Below, piece by piece: positions 25,527 to 34,998 of a stretch of 64,000 bases of DNA. The notes below the pieces were generated by a model that searched no databases, was not told where the DNA came from, and was given only the letters and a program-made list of their open reading frames with translations. Location of the stretch: NCBI GenBank assembly GCA_013152945.1, contig JAADFL010000212.1, forward strand, positions 7,064 through 71,063. Reading direction: 5' to 3'. The stretch is from Deltaproteobacteria bacterium. Its GTDB lineage: Bacteria; Myxococcota_A; JAADFL01. How positions within the stretch are numbered: the first letter of the stretch is position 1; each line of letters begins with the position of its first letter. The position numbers and the translations under genes were made by a program.

Positions 25527-26902
25527 ACCCGGTTTCAGGGGCTGGAGGCGATATGATGGCTGACAGGGCTTATTTCGGGAAAATGAAGATGCTCTTACAT
25601 TGTAAGCCATATATTATACCCTTCAGGGCTTATATTGTTGTTGCCCTGGTTTTTCTTGTCTTCGGCCCGGGCTGCGGGCTTAGATATACTGTACCCAAGG
25701 ACTTGATTAGGAGGCTTCCAAAGAGCAGCAGGAAGTCGGTCTTTCAGGCCAGAACGGTTGTAACCATTGCAATTGACAAAAAATCAAGTGTCAGGAGGAA
25801 GATAGCAAGTACCCGACGTGAAATAGAGCGTACAAAAGAGAGAATTGAGGATTTACAGGCAAAAAGGTCCAGGACCCCGGCCAGGAAAAGGGCCAGTTTG
25901 GATTTGGAAATCGCGATGCTGAAAGCCAAGTTGGATTTCCTGGATGAAAAGATTGATTTTTTAGAATTCAAGCTGAAAAAAGCGGCAAAGGAACTCTTGC
26001 TGGCCAAAGCCAGGTTCGAACTTTCCAAGGCCAAGCTGATTAAAAAGCATGCCATCAAATTTTCCGGAGACATTGGAGATTTTGAGGATCAGGTCAAGGA
26101 TCTTGAGGAGGATGCCAGGGATTACAAGAAGGAATTGGACGAAAGACAGAAAGAGCTGAAGGCTGAAGAAAAACAGTGGCTGGCTGTAAAAGAGAAATAT
26201 TATGCATCCGTAGGAGAGACTTCAAGGGGTTGGTGGACCGAACAGGAACAGGAAGGGCCTGCTTCAGAGGGTGAAAAGGTAATAGAAAACAAGGGAAATC
26301 CTCCTAAACAGCCGGGAGGCGTATCAGAGACCGAAAAGCCGGTGGATCGAATTTTGAAAAAGAGGAAGGCAATTATCAGGGATGATTTCAGATTGGCATT
26401 TCGATTCGGTGACAAGGCTTCTTTCTTACTGGATGAAAAAAATCCGAAGATGAGTCTCATGCTCTGGACATTGGATTTGGAGGCGGATTATTTTATTCAT
26501 CCAAACTTTCCTATTTTCATATCCTTTAATCCAGGTATAGGCCAAAGCCTGCGTAAGGGAGAAAAAGACGAGAAAATAACTTTTCTGCCAATCATGATAG
26601 GTATGCGATATCAGGATGCAGAGGGAATAGCTCTTCCCTATGTCGGAGTATGTTTTGGAAGCCAAGTCGTGTTTGGAGACAGGGAAACGAAAACAGGTAT
26701 TGGCTTCAGGACCAAGCTGAATTTCGGCATCGATGTCCGGGTCACTCGAACTTGGTCTATAAACCTGGAAGCCGGAGTATCTTATAGCCAGGTGCAACTT
26801 GAATATCACAAGGAGACCGACTATAGCGAGCCGAAGAGAACCAGAAAAACTTTCAACATGCTGGATGGATACATAACTGCAGGGGCTGCAGTCCGGTTCT
26901 AG
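25523..26902 (+). CDS. Coiled-coil protein with C-terminal beta-barrel-like region
   Basis: The GTG at 25523 forms a GTGA overlap with the upstream stop, and ATGs at 25552-25557 are alternatives. It has a hydrophobic leader (IVVALVFLVFGPGCG), a charged coiled coil of about 180 aa, then alternating-strand sequence ending ...ITAGAAVRF with a terminal aromatic residue. Confidence 0.45.
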   Translation: MNPVSGAGGDMMADRAYFGKMKMLLHCKPYIIPFRAYIVVALVFLVFGPGCGLRYTVPKDLIRRLPKSSRKSVFQARTVVTIAIDKKSSVRRKIASTRREIERTKERIEDLQAKRSRTPARKRASLDLEIAMLKAKLDFLDEKIDFLEFKLKKAAKELLLAKARFELSKAKLIKKHAIKFSGDIGDFEDQVKDLEEDARDYKKELDERQKELKAEEKQWLAVKEKYYASVGETSRGWWTEQEQEGPASEGEKVIENKGNPPKQPGGVSETEKPVDRILKKRKAIIRDDFRLAFRFGDKASFLLDEKNPKMSLMLWTLDLEADYFIHPNFPIFISFNPGIGQSLRKGEKDEKITFLPIMIGMRYQDAEGIALPYVGVCFGSQVVFGDRETKTGIGFRTKLNFGIDVRVTRTWSINLEAGVSYSQVQLEYHKETDYSEPKRTRKTFNMLDGYITAGAAVRF

Positions 26903-26921
26903 TGATAATGGAGTCTTGAAT

Positions 26922-29069
26922 ATGTGGCGGCGCCTATTAGTAACAAGTTGTCTGTTTTGGGCTATTGTCCTGTCGGCTTATATTGTTCCGCGTGTTGCTG
27001 GGGCAGAGGAAAAGCAGGGCGCCAAGACCGACTTCAAAACAGAGAAAAAAACCAAAAAGGCGGACGTGATAATAAAAGGCAAGGCCAGGATCGGTGACAC
27101 GCCAATGATGGAGGTGATTAAAGATTATTCGAACCAACTCAAGGAAGATCCAAACGACTCGGATGCTTGTTTCAATCTTGGCCTGGCGTATCATAGTTTA
27201 GGCAAGCTGAAAGAAGCTCGTAAATATTATGAAAAGGCGATTTCCCTGAATCCCCGGGACCAGGATGCCAGGATGAATCTTGCTGCTGTTCTTACAAGGA
27301 CCGGTAGGTTGCCGGATGCGGTTAAATTATATGAAGAAGTGATTGCAAGAGTCCCGGATATGGCGGAGGCCTATTTCAATCTTGGCGTGGTGTACACAAA
27401 GATGGGCAGGTTGGGCTTGGCCATCGGAGCTTATCAAACCGCAGTGGCAGTCAATCCCAAGATGGCTCTTGCCTTCTTTCAACTGGGGGAACTCTATCAC
27501 AGCAAGCTCGATTTCCAGAGCGCCGAAGAAGCATATTTGGATGCGTTGAAGGTGGAACCCGGATTGGCGGATGCTAGAAACAATCTTGGGAATATTTATT
27601 ATGAGCAGGGAGATCCCAAGGATGCCATTGAGCAGTACAAGAAGGCTATAGAAATTACGCCTAACGACCCTGAATTCCATTATAATATGGGGTTGGCCTT
27701 AGTTAAATTAGGTAAAATTGATGAGGCGATCAAAGAATACAAACAGGCTATCAAGCTTGCCCCTGATTATGCCGAGGCTTATAACAATCTTGGTGTAGCC
27801 CTGGGCCAAGCCGGTAAATTGAAAGAGATGATCAATGCATACAAGCAAGCGGCAAAATTGGCGCCCAAATATGCTGAAGCACATTTTAATCTTGGCTTGG
27901 CCTATTTCGCCCAGGGAAAATATGACAAGGCAATAGCCAAGTTCAATGATACCTTACTTGTAAATAAGAATTATGCCGATGCCCATGCTTATCTCGGAGA
28001 AGCATACTACCGAAAGGGTGATATCGGCAGGGCCCTGAGACATTTCAAGGAGGCCATTGCCATTAATCCGACCAAGGCCGAGTTTAGAAGCAAAATGGGT
28101 ATTGTTTACATAGAGGAGGGAAACCTGGACCAGGCGGAGTTGGCTTTGAAACAAGCATTGGCCATGAGCCCGAACGATCCGTCCATTAGGGTCTTTTTGG
28201 CCAGGGCATATATGGAAAAAGGTAAAAAGAATGAAGCATTAAGGGAATATGAAAAGGCAGTGAGCCTCGATCCGAACAAAGCTGATGCTCACGAGGCCTT
28301 GGCGGATATCTATGCAGAAAGAAAAAATTTTGCCAAAGCGATAGCACATGCCAAGGCGGTTGTAAGAGTCAAGCCCAAGGATCCGGCCTCCCATGTCTTA
28401 CTTGCAAAAATGTACATTGCACAGGATTTGCTCGACCTGGCTGCAGCCGAACTAAAGCGTGCACTTGAATTAGATCCCAAGTTTGCACTTGCATATTTTC
28501 AAATGGCTGAATTGTTCTATCGCAAGGGTGATGTGAAGGAACAAATCAGGTACTATAAAGAGGCATTGAAGCTCAATCCAAAGTTGTCCAGCGCCCGGCG
28601 TTCGCTTGGGGTTGCATATTATCATCAGAACCAATTGGACAAGGCAATAGCAGAGTTGATACGATCTTTGAAGAACGATCCGCGATCAGCCAAGGCCCAT
28701 TATTATCTCGGTGTGTTGTACTTTGATAATGCCTTCAAAAAAAACGGGCAGAAACAGAAATATTTAAAGAAATCAATAGATGCATTCAAGAAAGCACTTG
28801 AATGTAACCCAAAGATGGCTATTGCAAGGCATCGCTTGGGAAAGGTTTACGAGGAACTGGGAAACAAATCTCTTGCATTGAAGCAATATAACGCGGCTCT
28901 TCAGATGGACCCTAAACTAATGGATGCGAAACTTGATGCAGAAAGGCTGGAGTCAGAGCTTGGGGGCAGTAAAACCAAAACAGGTAAAGATCTTCAGCCA
29001 AAAGCGAAAATCCAGGATGCATCATCAGGCAAAGGAACCAATGAAAGCAAAGATGCAAAAAAGAAGTAA
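26922..29069 (+). CDS. Secreted tetratricopeptide-repeat protein (about 17 canonical TPRs), GltE/AglT/NfsE-like position
   Basis: Signal peptide MWRRLLVTSCLFWAIVLSAYIVPRVAGA. It carries repeated canonical TPR units (A..NLG..Y...G....A...Y..A....P). I prefer the ATG at 26922 over the track's TTG at 26916. Confidence 0.85.
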   Translation: MWRRLLVTSCLFWAIVLSAYIVPRVAGAEEKQGAKTDFKTEKKTKKADVIIKGKARIGDTPMMEVIKDYSNQLKEDPNDSDACFNLGLAYHSLGKLKEARKYYEKAISLNPRDQDARMNLAAVLTRTGRLPDAVKLYEEVIARVPDMAEAYFNLGVVYTKMGRLGLAIGAYQTAVAVNPKMALAFFQLGELYHSKLDFQSAEEAYLDALKVEPGLADARNNLGNIYYEQGDPKDAIEQYKKAIEITPNDPEFHYNMGLALVKLGKIDEAIKEYKQAIKLAPDYAEAYNNLGVALGQAGKLKEMINAYKQAAKLAPKYAEAHFNLGLAYFAQGKYDKAIAKFNDTLLVNKNYADAHAYLGEAYYRKGDIGRALRHFKEAIAINPTKAEFRSKMGIVYIEEGNLDQAELALKQALAMSPNDPSIRVFLARAYMEKGKKNEALREYEKAVSLDPNKADAHEALADIYAERKNFAKAIAHAKAVVRVKPKDPASHVLLAKMYIAQDLLDLAAAELKRALELDPKFALAYFQMAELFYRKGDVKEQIRYYKEALKLNPKLSSARRSLGVAYYHQNQLDKAIAELIRSLKNDPRSAKAHYYLGVLYFDNAFKKNGQKQKYLKKSIDAFKKALECNPKMAIARHRLGKVYEELGNKSLALKQYNAALQMDPKLMDAKLDAERLESELGGSKTKTGKDLQPKAKIQDASSGKGTNESKDAKKK

Positions 29070-29123
29070 ATGACCGGAGTTGTTTATTAGTGCTTGTTTT
29101 TTTTTAACAGGAGGAAAGGGAAC

Positions 29124-30263
29124 ATGGATAGGCGGGTAATGCTCGTGGGAGGGTCCTTGGCCCTGTTTTTTTCGTTCCTGGCAGGTTGTGAGGGGGGTAA
29201 ATACGAACGCCTTCCAAAGGCAACGGAAAAAGAAAAAGATGCACTTACCGAGAGATACAGGGCATTGATAGAGGAGGCCAAGGGGCTCAAGCCCGGCGAA
29301 GAGATCAAGCTCACACATCACTTCAGCGAACCCATTTTAAGCGATACGTCGCTGGAAGACTTTAAAAAGAAGATGGGATCATTTGTGAGTGAAGCTGCGG
29401 CCGGCAAGTGGGACAATGTCAAAATCATGGGAGCCAGGGCTCCGGGCAAGGTAAGGCTGCTTCTCATCGAGCTTGGTAAAAAATCAGGGGCAATTCCTTT
29501 TGTTCAAAGTGCTGACGGGTGGAAGCTGGATGACATTGATGCGGCTTCTGGAAATTTCGATAAAGATATCAATCTCAAGGGCAATGTGCCGAAGAGTCCT
29601 GCTTCCATCTTGCTTTCGGTTGCAATTCTACAAGATCCACAAGCCGGTTCAACGGAAAAGGTAACAAGTGCACTTCAGCTTGCGAAAATAAAAGATGAAG
29701 CCTTGGCTCGCCGTTTCCTGGCTCATGAGATCAGCCCCTGGCCAAAGGCTGCTTTGCTATATGCTGCATGGAAGGGCGGGGCGGCTTGCGAACCGTTTGC
29801 AAAATCATTTCCCTTACCGGCAGATGAACAGAAAGACCTGTATGAGGATGACACGGATAGTTTCAGGACCCTATTGAAAGGCCTGATTAATTGTGCTGTT
29901 TCATCAAAGTCCCTGGAACCCACAAATGTGGTTTACAAGGGCTGTCATGATGCTTCAGGTGGTCCCAGGAGCGAGTATGTAGATCCAGTGGTGGAATTGG
30001 CAAACAAGAAACCGGAATATATTCTAAAGGCAGCTATCAAGGCAGGCTATCCTTATAACGAGGATCCGGTGGCCAACATAGTTGTAGGAGCATTGCACGG
30101 CGAACAAAAGAGCCCATTTTGGCAATACCTGAATACCCGGGCCGTAAGGGCAAGGGGTGAACTTGGCAAGTTGGCCAGGTTCTGGGTCGAAAAAATGGTT
30201 GAACGTGACAAGCTGGAACCACCTGGCTCGGAGAAACAACAACAAGGGCAACCGAAAAAATAG
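29124..30263 (+). CDS. Lipoprotein of unknown function (last gene of the array)
   Basis: AGGAGG precedes the ATG at 29124. There is a canonical lipobox in LALFFSFLAGCEGG. I recognised no family. Confidence 0.6.
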   Translation: MDRRVMLVGGSLALFFSFLAGCEGGKYERLPKATEKEKDALTERYRALIEEAKGLKPGEEIKLTHHFSEPILSDTSLEDFKKKMGSFVSEAAAGKWDNVKIMGARAPGKVRLLLIELGKKSGAIPFVQSADGWKLDDIDAASGNFDKDINLKGNVPKSPASILLSVAILQDPQAGSTEKVTSALQLAKIKDEALARRFLAHEISPWPKAALLYAAWKGGAACEPFAKSFPLPADEQKDLYEDDTDSFRTLLKGLINCAVSSKSLEPTNVVYKGCHDASGGPRSEYVDPVVELANKKPEYILKAAIKAGYPYNEDPVANIVVGALHGEQKSPFWQYLNTRAVRARGELGKLARFWVEKMVERDKLEPPGSEKQQQGQPKK

Positions 30264-30455
30264 AGAAGCAAGAAAAAAGATCACAAATAGTGGTTCCGGT
30301 TACTTGGTTCGTTCTTGACTCGCTTTTATCGGCGATGACTGTTTGTTGTTCCAGTTTCTGTTTTTCCGGCTCCTAGCTTTCTTCTTGGCATGAGCCTCCA
30401 TTCATCCTAGATTAAAAAGAGCAACACGAGGGCCGCAAGGCAAGGGTATTTGCAT

Positions 30456-31583
30456 ATGGAGAGCCAGGTAACGGGCACTCATGAAAAAAGCCATGCTTTA
30501 AGGCTTGCAAAACCTGTGGTAGGGCCAAGGGCCAGGCAGTGGATTGAACAGATCATTTCTTCAGGCCGGCTTATCCAGGGACCGTTCTGTGAAAGGTTCG
30601 AAGAAGCCCTTGGAAACATTGTTTCAAGTGCTCATGCAATTGCAATGAACTCCGGCACTTCTGCCTTGTATGCTTGTCTCAAGGCATGCGATATAGGTCC
30701 CGGCATGAGGGTCGGCATTTCCGATCTCGGGTTTGCAGCCACGATAAATGCGGTCGAGCTTGCGGGCGCAAGGCCGGTCTTCCTTGATGTGGAAGAGGAA
30801 ACTTTGGATATTTCCTTGAAGTGCATCGAGGATACCGGGCCTGGCCTGGATGCACTTATTGTCGTACACCAGCTTGGACTTCCGGCCGGCCGAGGTATTT
30901 TTCACAAGGCCCACGACGACAAGGTCATGATTGTCGAAGATGCTGCCTGTGGGCTCGGCTCTAAACTCGGTTCCAGATCGTGCGGCACACTGGGCATTGC
31001 AGGGACCTTCAGCTTCCACCCAAGAAAGATCGTGACGACCGGCGAGGGGGGGGCTATCGTGACCGACAATGAGCATATTGCACGCCGGGCCATGGCATTT
31101 CGAAACCACGGATTTTCAGGAAATGAAAAGAACGATATCATTGAACCTGGAATGAATTTGCGGCTGTCAGAGATTTCCTGTGCCATAGGCCTCGAACAGC
31201 TCGAAAATCTGGAAAGTACGCTGGAAAAGAGAAGGAGCCTGCTTGCAGTCTACAAGGCAATGCTGGATCGTGTGCCTGGGATCAGGATACTGTCCAACAA
31301 TGAAAATGATACCTGGAATGTGCAGACCCTGGCCATCATGTTTGAAGACAGCAGGGACAGGGACAGGGCCATGACCATTCTGAACGCCGATCAAATAGAA
31401 GCTAACCCGCCCGTGGCATCTTTGAGCGCCATTCCGTACTATGCTAAAAAATACAAGATTCCTTTAAGGCAAGTGGAGACATCCAGGAAATGCACATCCT
31501 TGATACTGGCGATTCCCTGCTACGAAGGAATGGATGAATCCGATATCGAAAGGGTGTGCATGGTATTGAAAAGTTGTTTTTAA
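30456..31583 (+). CDS. DegT/DnrJ/EryC1/StrS family PLP-dependent sugar aminotransferase
   Basis: It has NSGTSALYACL and the PLP-lysine region FSFHPRKIVTTGEGGAIVTD typical of this family. I prefer the ATG at 30456 over the TTG at 30450. Confidence 0.85.
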   Translation: MESQVTGTHEKSHALRLAKPVVGPRARQWIEQIISSGRLIQGPFCERFEEALGNIVSSAHAIAMNSGTSALYACLKACDIGPGMRVGISDLGFAATINAVELAGARPVFLDVEEETLDISLKCIEDTGPGLDALIVVHQLGLPAGRGIFHKAHDDKVMIVEDAACGLGSKLGSRSCGTLGIAGTFSFHPRKIVTTGEGGAIVTDNEHIARRAMAFRNHGFSGNEKNDIIEPGMNLRLSEISCAIGLEQLENLESTLEKRRSLLAVYKAMLDRVPGIRILSNNENDTWNVQTLAIMFEDSRDRDRAMTILNADQIEANPPVASLSAIPYYAKKYKIPLRQVETSRKCTSLILAIPCYEGMDESDIERVCMVLKSCF

Positions 31584-31595
31584 CTAAAAAGAGGT

Positions 31596-32870
31596 ATGAA
31601 ACTGGGGACACGGCAAGATAAGAAAAAGCCTGTAAACAAAGGCTCGGACAAAAGGACACCGGTACAGGCGGGGAAAAAGAACGCGAAACGTTCTTCGAGC
31701 AGGATTAGCTTCAAACTGCGGGCACGTAATGTCGAGCGGCAATTGGCGGACCTGGCAAGGGATGGTTACCTCCAGATGTTCGGAAGCGACACCGCCAGAT
31801 TGGGCAGGTTCACACTGAATATTGAACTTGGCCTGGAGCCGGGCCGAGCCGGTTGGAAAATTTTCGGGCAGCCCCTGGATACCCAGTTACGAACGGTCCT
31901 CAAACAGGTAGAGGCAAAGACAGGCGCGTTCAGGCATGGTAGGGTATATTGCTACAAGTGCATGTCCGGAGATTGCGATCACTCGATTCCCGGGGACCCG
32001 ACAAAGGTCTTTGCCGGTTATTCCTCAACCGGCAAACCCAACTGGATTTCCTTCGGCCAGATGTTGCTGGACCGCGGGGATCACAGGGTAGACGAATTGT
32101 ATGCGGAAAATCCATCCCTGCTTACCTGCCTGTTGTCGAAAGACCAACTCCACAGGGAACAACTGAATGCATTCGGCCGGCAGAGCCTGGATTATATAGT
32201 GCTGTCCCAGGTGGCTGCGGGCTATTTTCTGTTGCCGGGAAAAGGCGGCAGCCGGGAAAAAGCGGCGCTGACGTTCCAGGCCGTACAAACCATGGGTCCA
32301 AAGAAAACTTTGATGGTCGACCTGAATGTCATAGGCCAGACCAATGAACACATACCAATAACAGACCTGCTCGACCAGAGGTTTTCCCGTTTACAGCAAC
32401 GACTGGTGAAGACTAGAGATAGATTGAGAAACCTGAAACCATCATGGACCGGACGGGGAAATTACCGGCGCACCGGCCCGGCAAGTGAGACAAGGGGGCG
32501 GGTCGAGTTTGCAGAAATGGTATTATCAGAGTTGGCACGAGGTATAGAGCAGCTTTCAAGGCAGGCCGCCAGGAGGACAATGCATGCCGAAAGACGAGCC
32601 GTGAAAAGGCCGGTTTCAAAGGCCCTCCAGGAGGCAAGGGCTGCAGGAGATGAAAAACTTTTGTGGGATAAAAAACAAGAGACAATAGTGGTTCTCGGCG
32701 CAAAGCAAAGGATCCATGTATTCTCGCCCGAGGCCAGGCTTGTGACTACCCTGGTAATGGAATCCGATGGTGTCGAGAGGCGCAGGAAAAAGGGAAGGTG
32801 GATTACGCCGGAAGCGGAACGAATTGAAACCTTCAGGAACAGCCTTGGGAAAAAAAACAAAAGCCAGTGA
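31596..32870 (+). CDS. Hypothetical basic protein with Cys/His cluster
   Basis: 424-aa ORF with a Lys/Arg-rich N-terminus, the cluster CYKCMSGDCDH and an Arg-rich helical C-terminal half. It has no TM segment, and I recognised no family. Confidence 0.55.
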   Translation: MKLGTRQDKKKPVNKGSDKRTPVQAGKKNAKRSSSRISFKLRARNVERQLADLARDGYLQMFGSDTARLGRFTLNIELGLEPGRAGWKIFGQPLDTQLRTVLKQVEAKTGAFRHGRVYCYKCMSGDCDHSIPGDPTKVFAGYSSTGKPNWISFGQMLLDRGDHRVDELYAENPSLLTCLLSKDQLHREQLNAFGRQSLDYIVLSQVAAGYFLLPGKGGSREKAALTFQAVQTMGPKKTLMVDLNVIGQTNEHIPITDLLDQRFSRLQQRLVKTRDRLRNLKPSWTGRGNYRRTGPASETRGRVEFAEMVLSELARGIEQLSRQAARRTMHAERRAVKRPVSKALQEARAAGDEKLLWDKKQETIVVLGAKQRIHVFSPEARLVTTLVMESDGVERRRKKGRWITPEAERIETFRNSLGKKNKSQ

Positions 32871-34998
32871 CCATGGTCCAAAATCAGGACTCTTGGTTAT
32901 CCTTATTTTCCTGGCTGCGGGGGTATATGCCATGTGGCCCTTACCCCTGCATTTCAGAACCGATCTTGCAGGCACCTATGGAGATAGTTTTCAAAACCTG
33001 TTCAACTTCTGGTGGATTGCAAAGGCGTTTCTAACGGGCCAAAATCCGTATTTCACTCCTTACATGTTCCACCCCTTTGGCGTGTCCCTTTTATTGCATA
33101 CTTTGAGCCCTTATAACTCGTTCCCCGGAGCATTACTCTCATTCATTATTGGTTTGCCGGGCGCGTACAATATGATGATACTTGTACATTATGTGCTGGC
33201 CGGGTACTTCTGCCACCTGCTGGTATTGGAACTTATACCGGAAGATGTACCGAAGACCTGGACCAGGATTACAGCGGTGTGGGCCGGGCTTGTCTTTACA
33301 CTGTCACCTTTTCATTTCTTTCAGGCAAGGGAACACTTGCAGCTCACTGCTGTAGAGGGTGTGCCCCTTACGCTTTTGTTCCTGGTAAAAATACTTAAGA
33401 CACCAAACCGGAAGAACGCCGTGCTGCTCGGCCTCTCTACGGCCCTGGTAACTTTCAGCGACATGTACCTGCTTGTGTACACGTTCATTACTTTCCTGTT
33501 TTTCCTCGCCGGTTCATCGCTGAGGAGGCCTGGGAAGGATTTGCTCAAGGCCCGGGCAAAGGGCCTGTTAATGGCGGGACTAGTCTACAGCCTTGTATGC
33601 GGTCCCTTGCTGATTGCCATGGCCTGGAAATATTCCACGACCGGTTACGTATCCGGACATGACCCGGCAAAGTTCTCATCCGACCTGCAAAGCCTGTTCG
33701 TTCCAGGGCCCGGGTCGGCTTGGGCCGGATGGTTCCATGGGCTTTACGGAAAGTGGAAGGGAAATCCGACCGAGCAGACAGGATACCTTGGATACATTCT
33801 GTTGTTCCTTGCACTTCTCGGACTCTTGAAGAAAAGAAATATGCCCTTTTCAAAAACCATTGCATCGCTTGGACTCACAGCGGTTGTTTTATCCCTTGGA
33901 CCTGTGTTGCATTGGGGTGGAGAGTCCAGTGACATGATCCTGCCCTACAAGTGGTTTGCAAGTGCGTTTCCCTTGATCTTCTCGTTTACCGGAACACCTG
34001 CGAGGTTTTCTTTCCTGGTCAATCTCTCTCTGGTCCTTCTTGCCGCATCCGGGTTTGCATGGCTCGCACAGGAAGTATCAGCAAGGCACGGGTTGGGCTT
34101 CTTACTGCTTGTACCGGTCTTGCCGGCTGTCGCCCTGGTGGAGATGGCGCCCGGGCCGCAAGAGATTGTACATATCGATCCCCCGAAGATCTTTGAACAA
34201 TGGGCACATGACAAACAGAATTACGCGGTCTTGGACACCAGGAGATGGGCACAAATGTACTTGGGTCTGGTGACACACGAAAAGCCGCTTGTGAACGGAC
34301 ACGTATCAAGGGATCCCCTGGACAGGCTTAAGCACCTCAAGGATGTGCCCGTGCTTGACACCCTGGTGTTCGGTTACAAGTGTTTCGCCCCTGACTTCGA
34401 GCCGCGGGTTTCTTCGACAATAGGCAGGCTCGAACTGTCTCCAGGTGACGGCCCGCTTATGCCCGGAGTTCCTGCGGAATTCTTTGGCGCAACGATAGAA
34501 GGCCGGATACTTATAAAAGATCGTGGGCCAACGAGGTTTTTGTTCGAAACCAGTGACAGGATTAAATTCGATTTCGACAAAGTTAACCGGCTTGATTCCG
34601 GTGGTAAGCGCGGCCCTTCCAGGTTCGAGACAGGTCCATTGCCCATAGAGCCGGGCTGGCACGATTTCAGGATCGAAACGTACGCAGGGACAGGCAAGTT
34701 TTTTTTCAAGATGCATATTGCACAAGGCAATGACAATTTCATGATTCCGGGCTTGGACCGGCTGAAGACCCTTGATGGAAAGCCGGGGGCAAAATTGACA
34801 TCCGGCCCCAGGGTCCCGCTGATATCGGGACAAGACCAGATAAGACAAGCTTTCGATGATCTCGAAAAACACGATATCAAGTATATAATCAGGTGGCCCT
34901 GGCAAAACCGGCTCCTGGAAGAACATGTCCTGAAACTCGAAAAAGTTTATGAAGACGATATCACCGTGGTGTACAAGGTACCCGGGAGCCTGCGTTGA
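32767..34998 (+). CDS. Large polytopic membrane protein, GT-C-fold glycosyltransferase-like, with C-terminal soluble domain
   Basis: About 12 TM helices (LLVILIFLAAGVYAMWPLPLHF...) precede a soluble region of about 280 aa. The start is uncertain. The ATG at 32767 overlaps the upstream gene by 104 nt, and in-frame TTGs occur at 32824, 32845 and 32893. The function is inferred from topology and context only. Confidence 0.4.
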   Translation: MVSRGAGKREGGLRRKRNELKPSGTALGKKTKASDHGPKSGLLVILIFLAAGVYAMWPLPLHFRTDLAGTYGDSFQNLFNFWWIAKAFLTGQNPYFTPYMFHPFGVSLLLHTLSPYNSFPGALLSFIIGLPGAYNMMILVHYVLAGYFCHLLVLELIPEDVPKTWTRITAVWAGLVFTLSPFHFFQAREHLQLTAVEGVPLTLLFLVKILKTPNRKNAVLLGLSTALVTFSDMYLLVYTFITFLFFLAGSSLRRPGKDLLKARAKGLLMAGLVYSLVCGPLLIAMAWKYSTTGYVSGHDPAKFSSDLQSLFVPGPGSAWAGWFHGLYGKWKGNPTEQTGYLGYILLFLALLGLLKKRNMPFSKTIASLGLTAVVLSLGPVLHWGGESSDMILPYKWFASAFPLIFSFTGTPARFSFLVNLSLVLLAASGFAWLAQEVSARHGLGFLLLVPVLPAVALVEMAPGPQEIVHIDPPKIFEQWAHDKQNYAVLDTRRWAQMYLGLVTHEKPLVNGHVSRDPLDRLKHLKDVPVLDTLVFGYKCFAPDFEPRVSSTIGRLELSPGDGPLMPGVPAEFFGATIEGRILIKDRGPTRFLFETSDRIKFDFDKVNRLDSGGKRGPSRFETGPLPIEPGWHDFRIETYAGTGKFFFKMHIAQGNDNFMIPGLDRLKTLDGKPGAKLTSGPRVPLISGQDQIRQAFDDLEKHDIKYIIRWPWQNRLLEEHVLKLEKVYEDDITVVYKVPGSLR

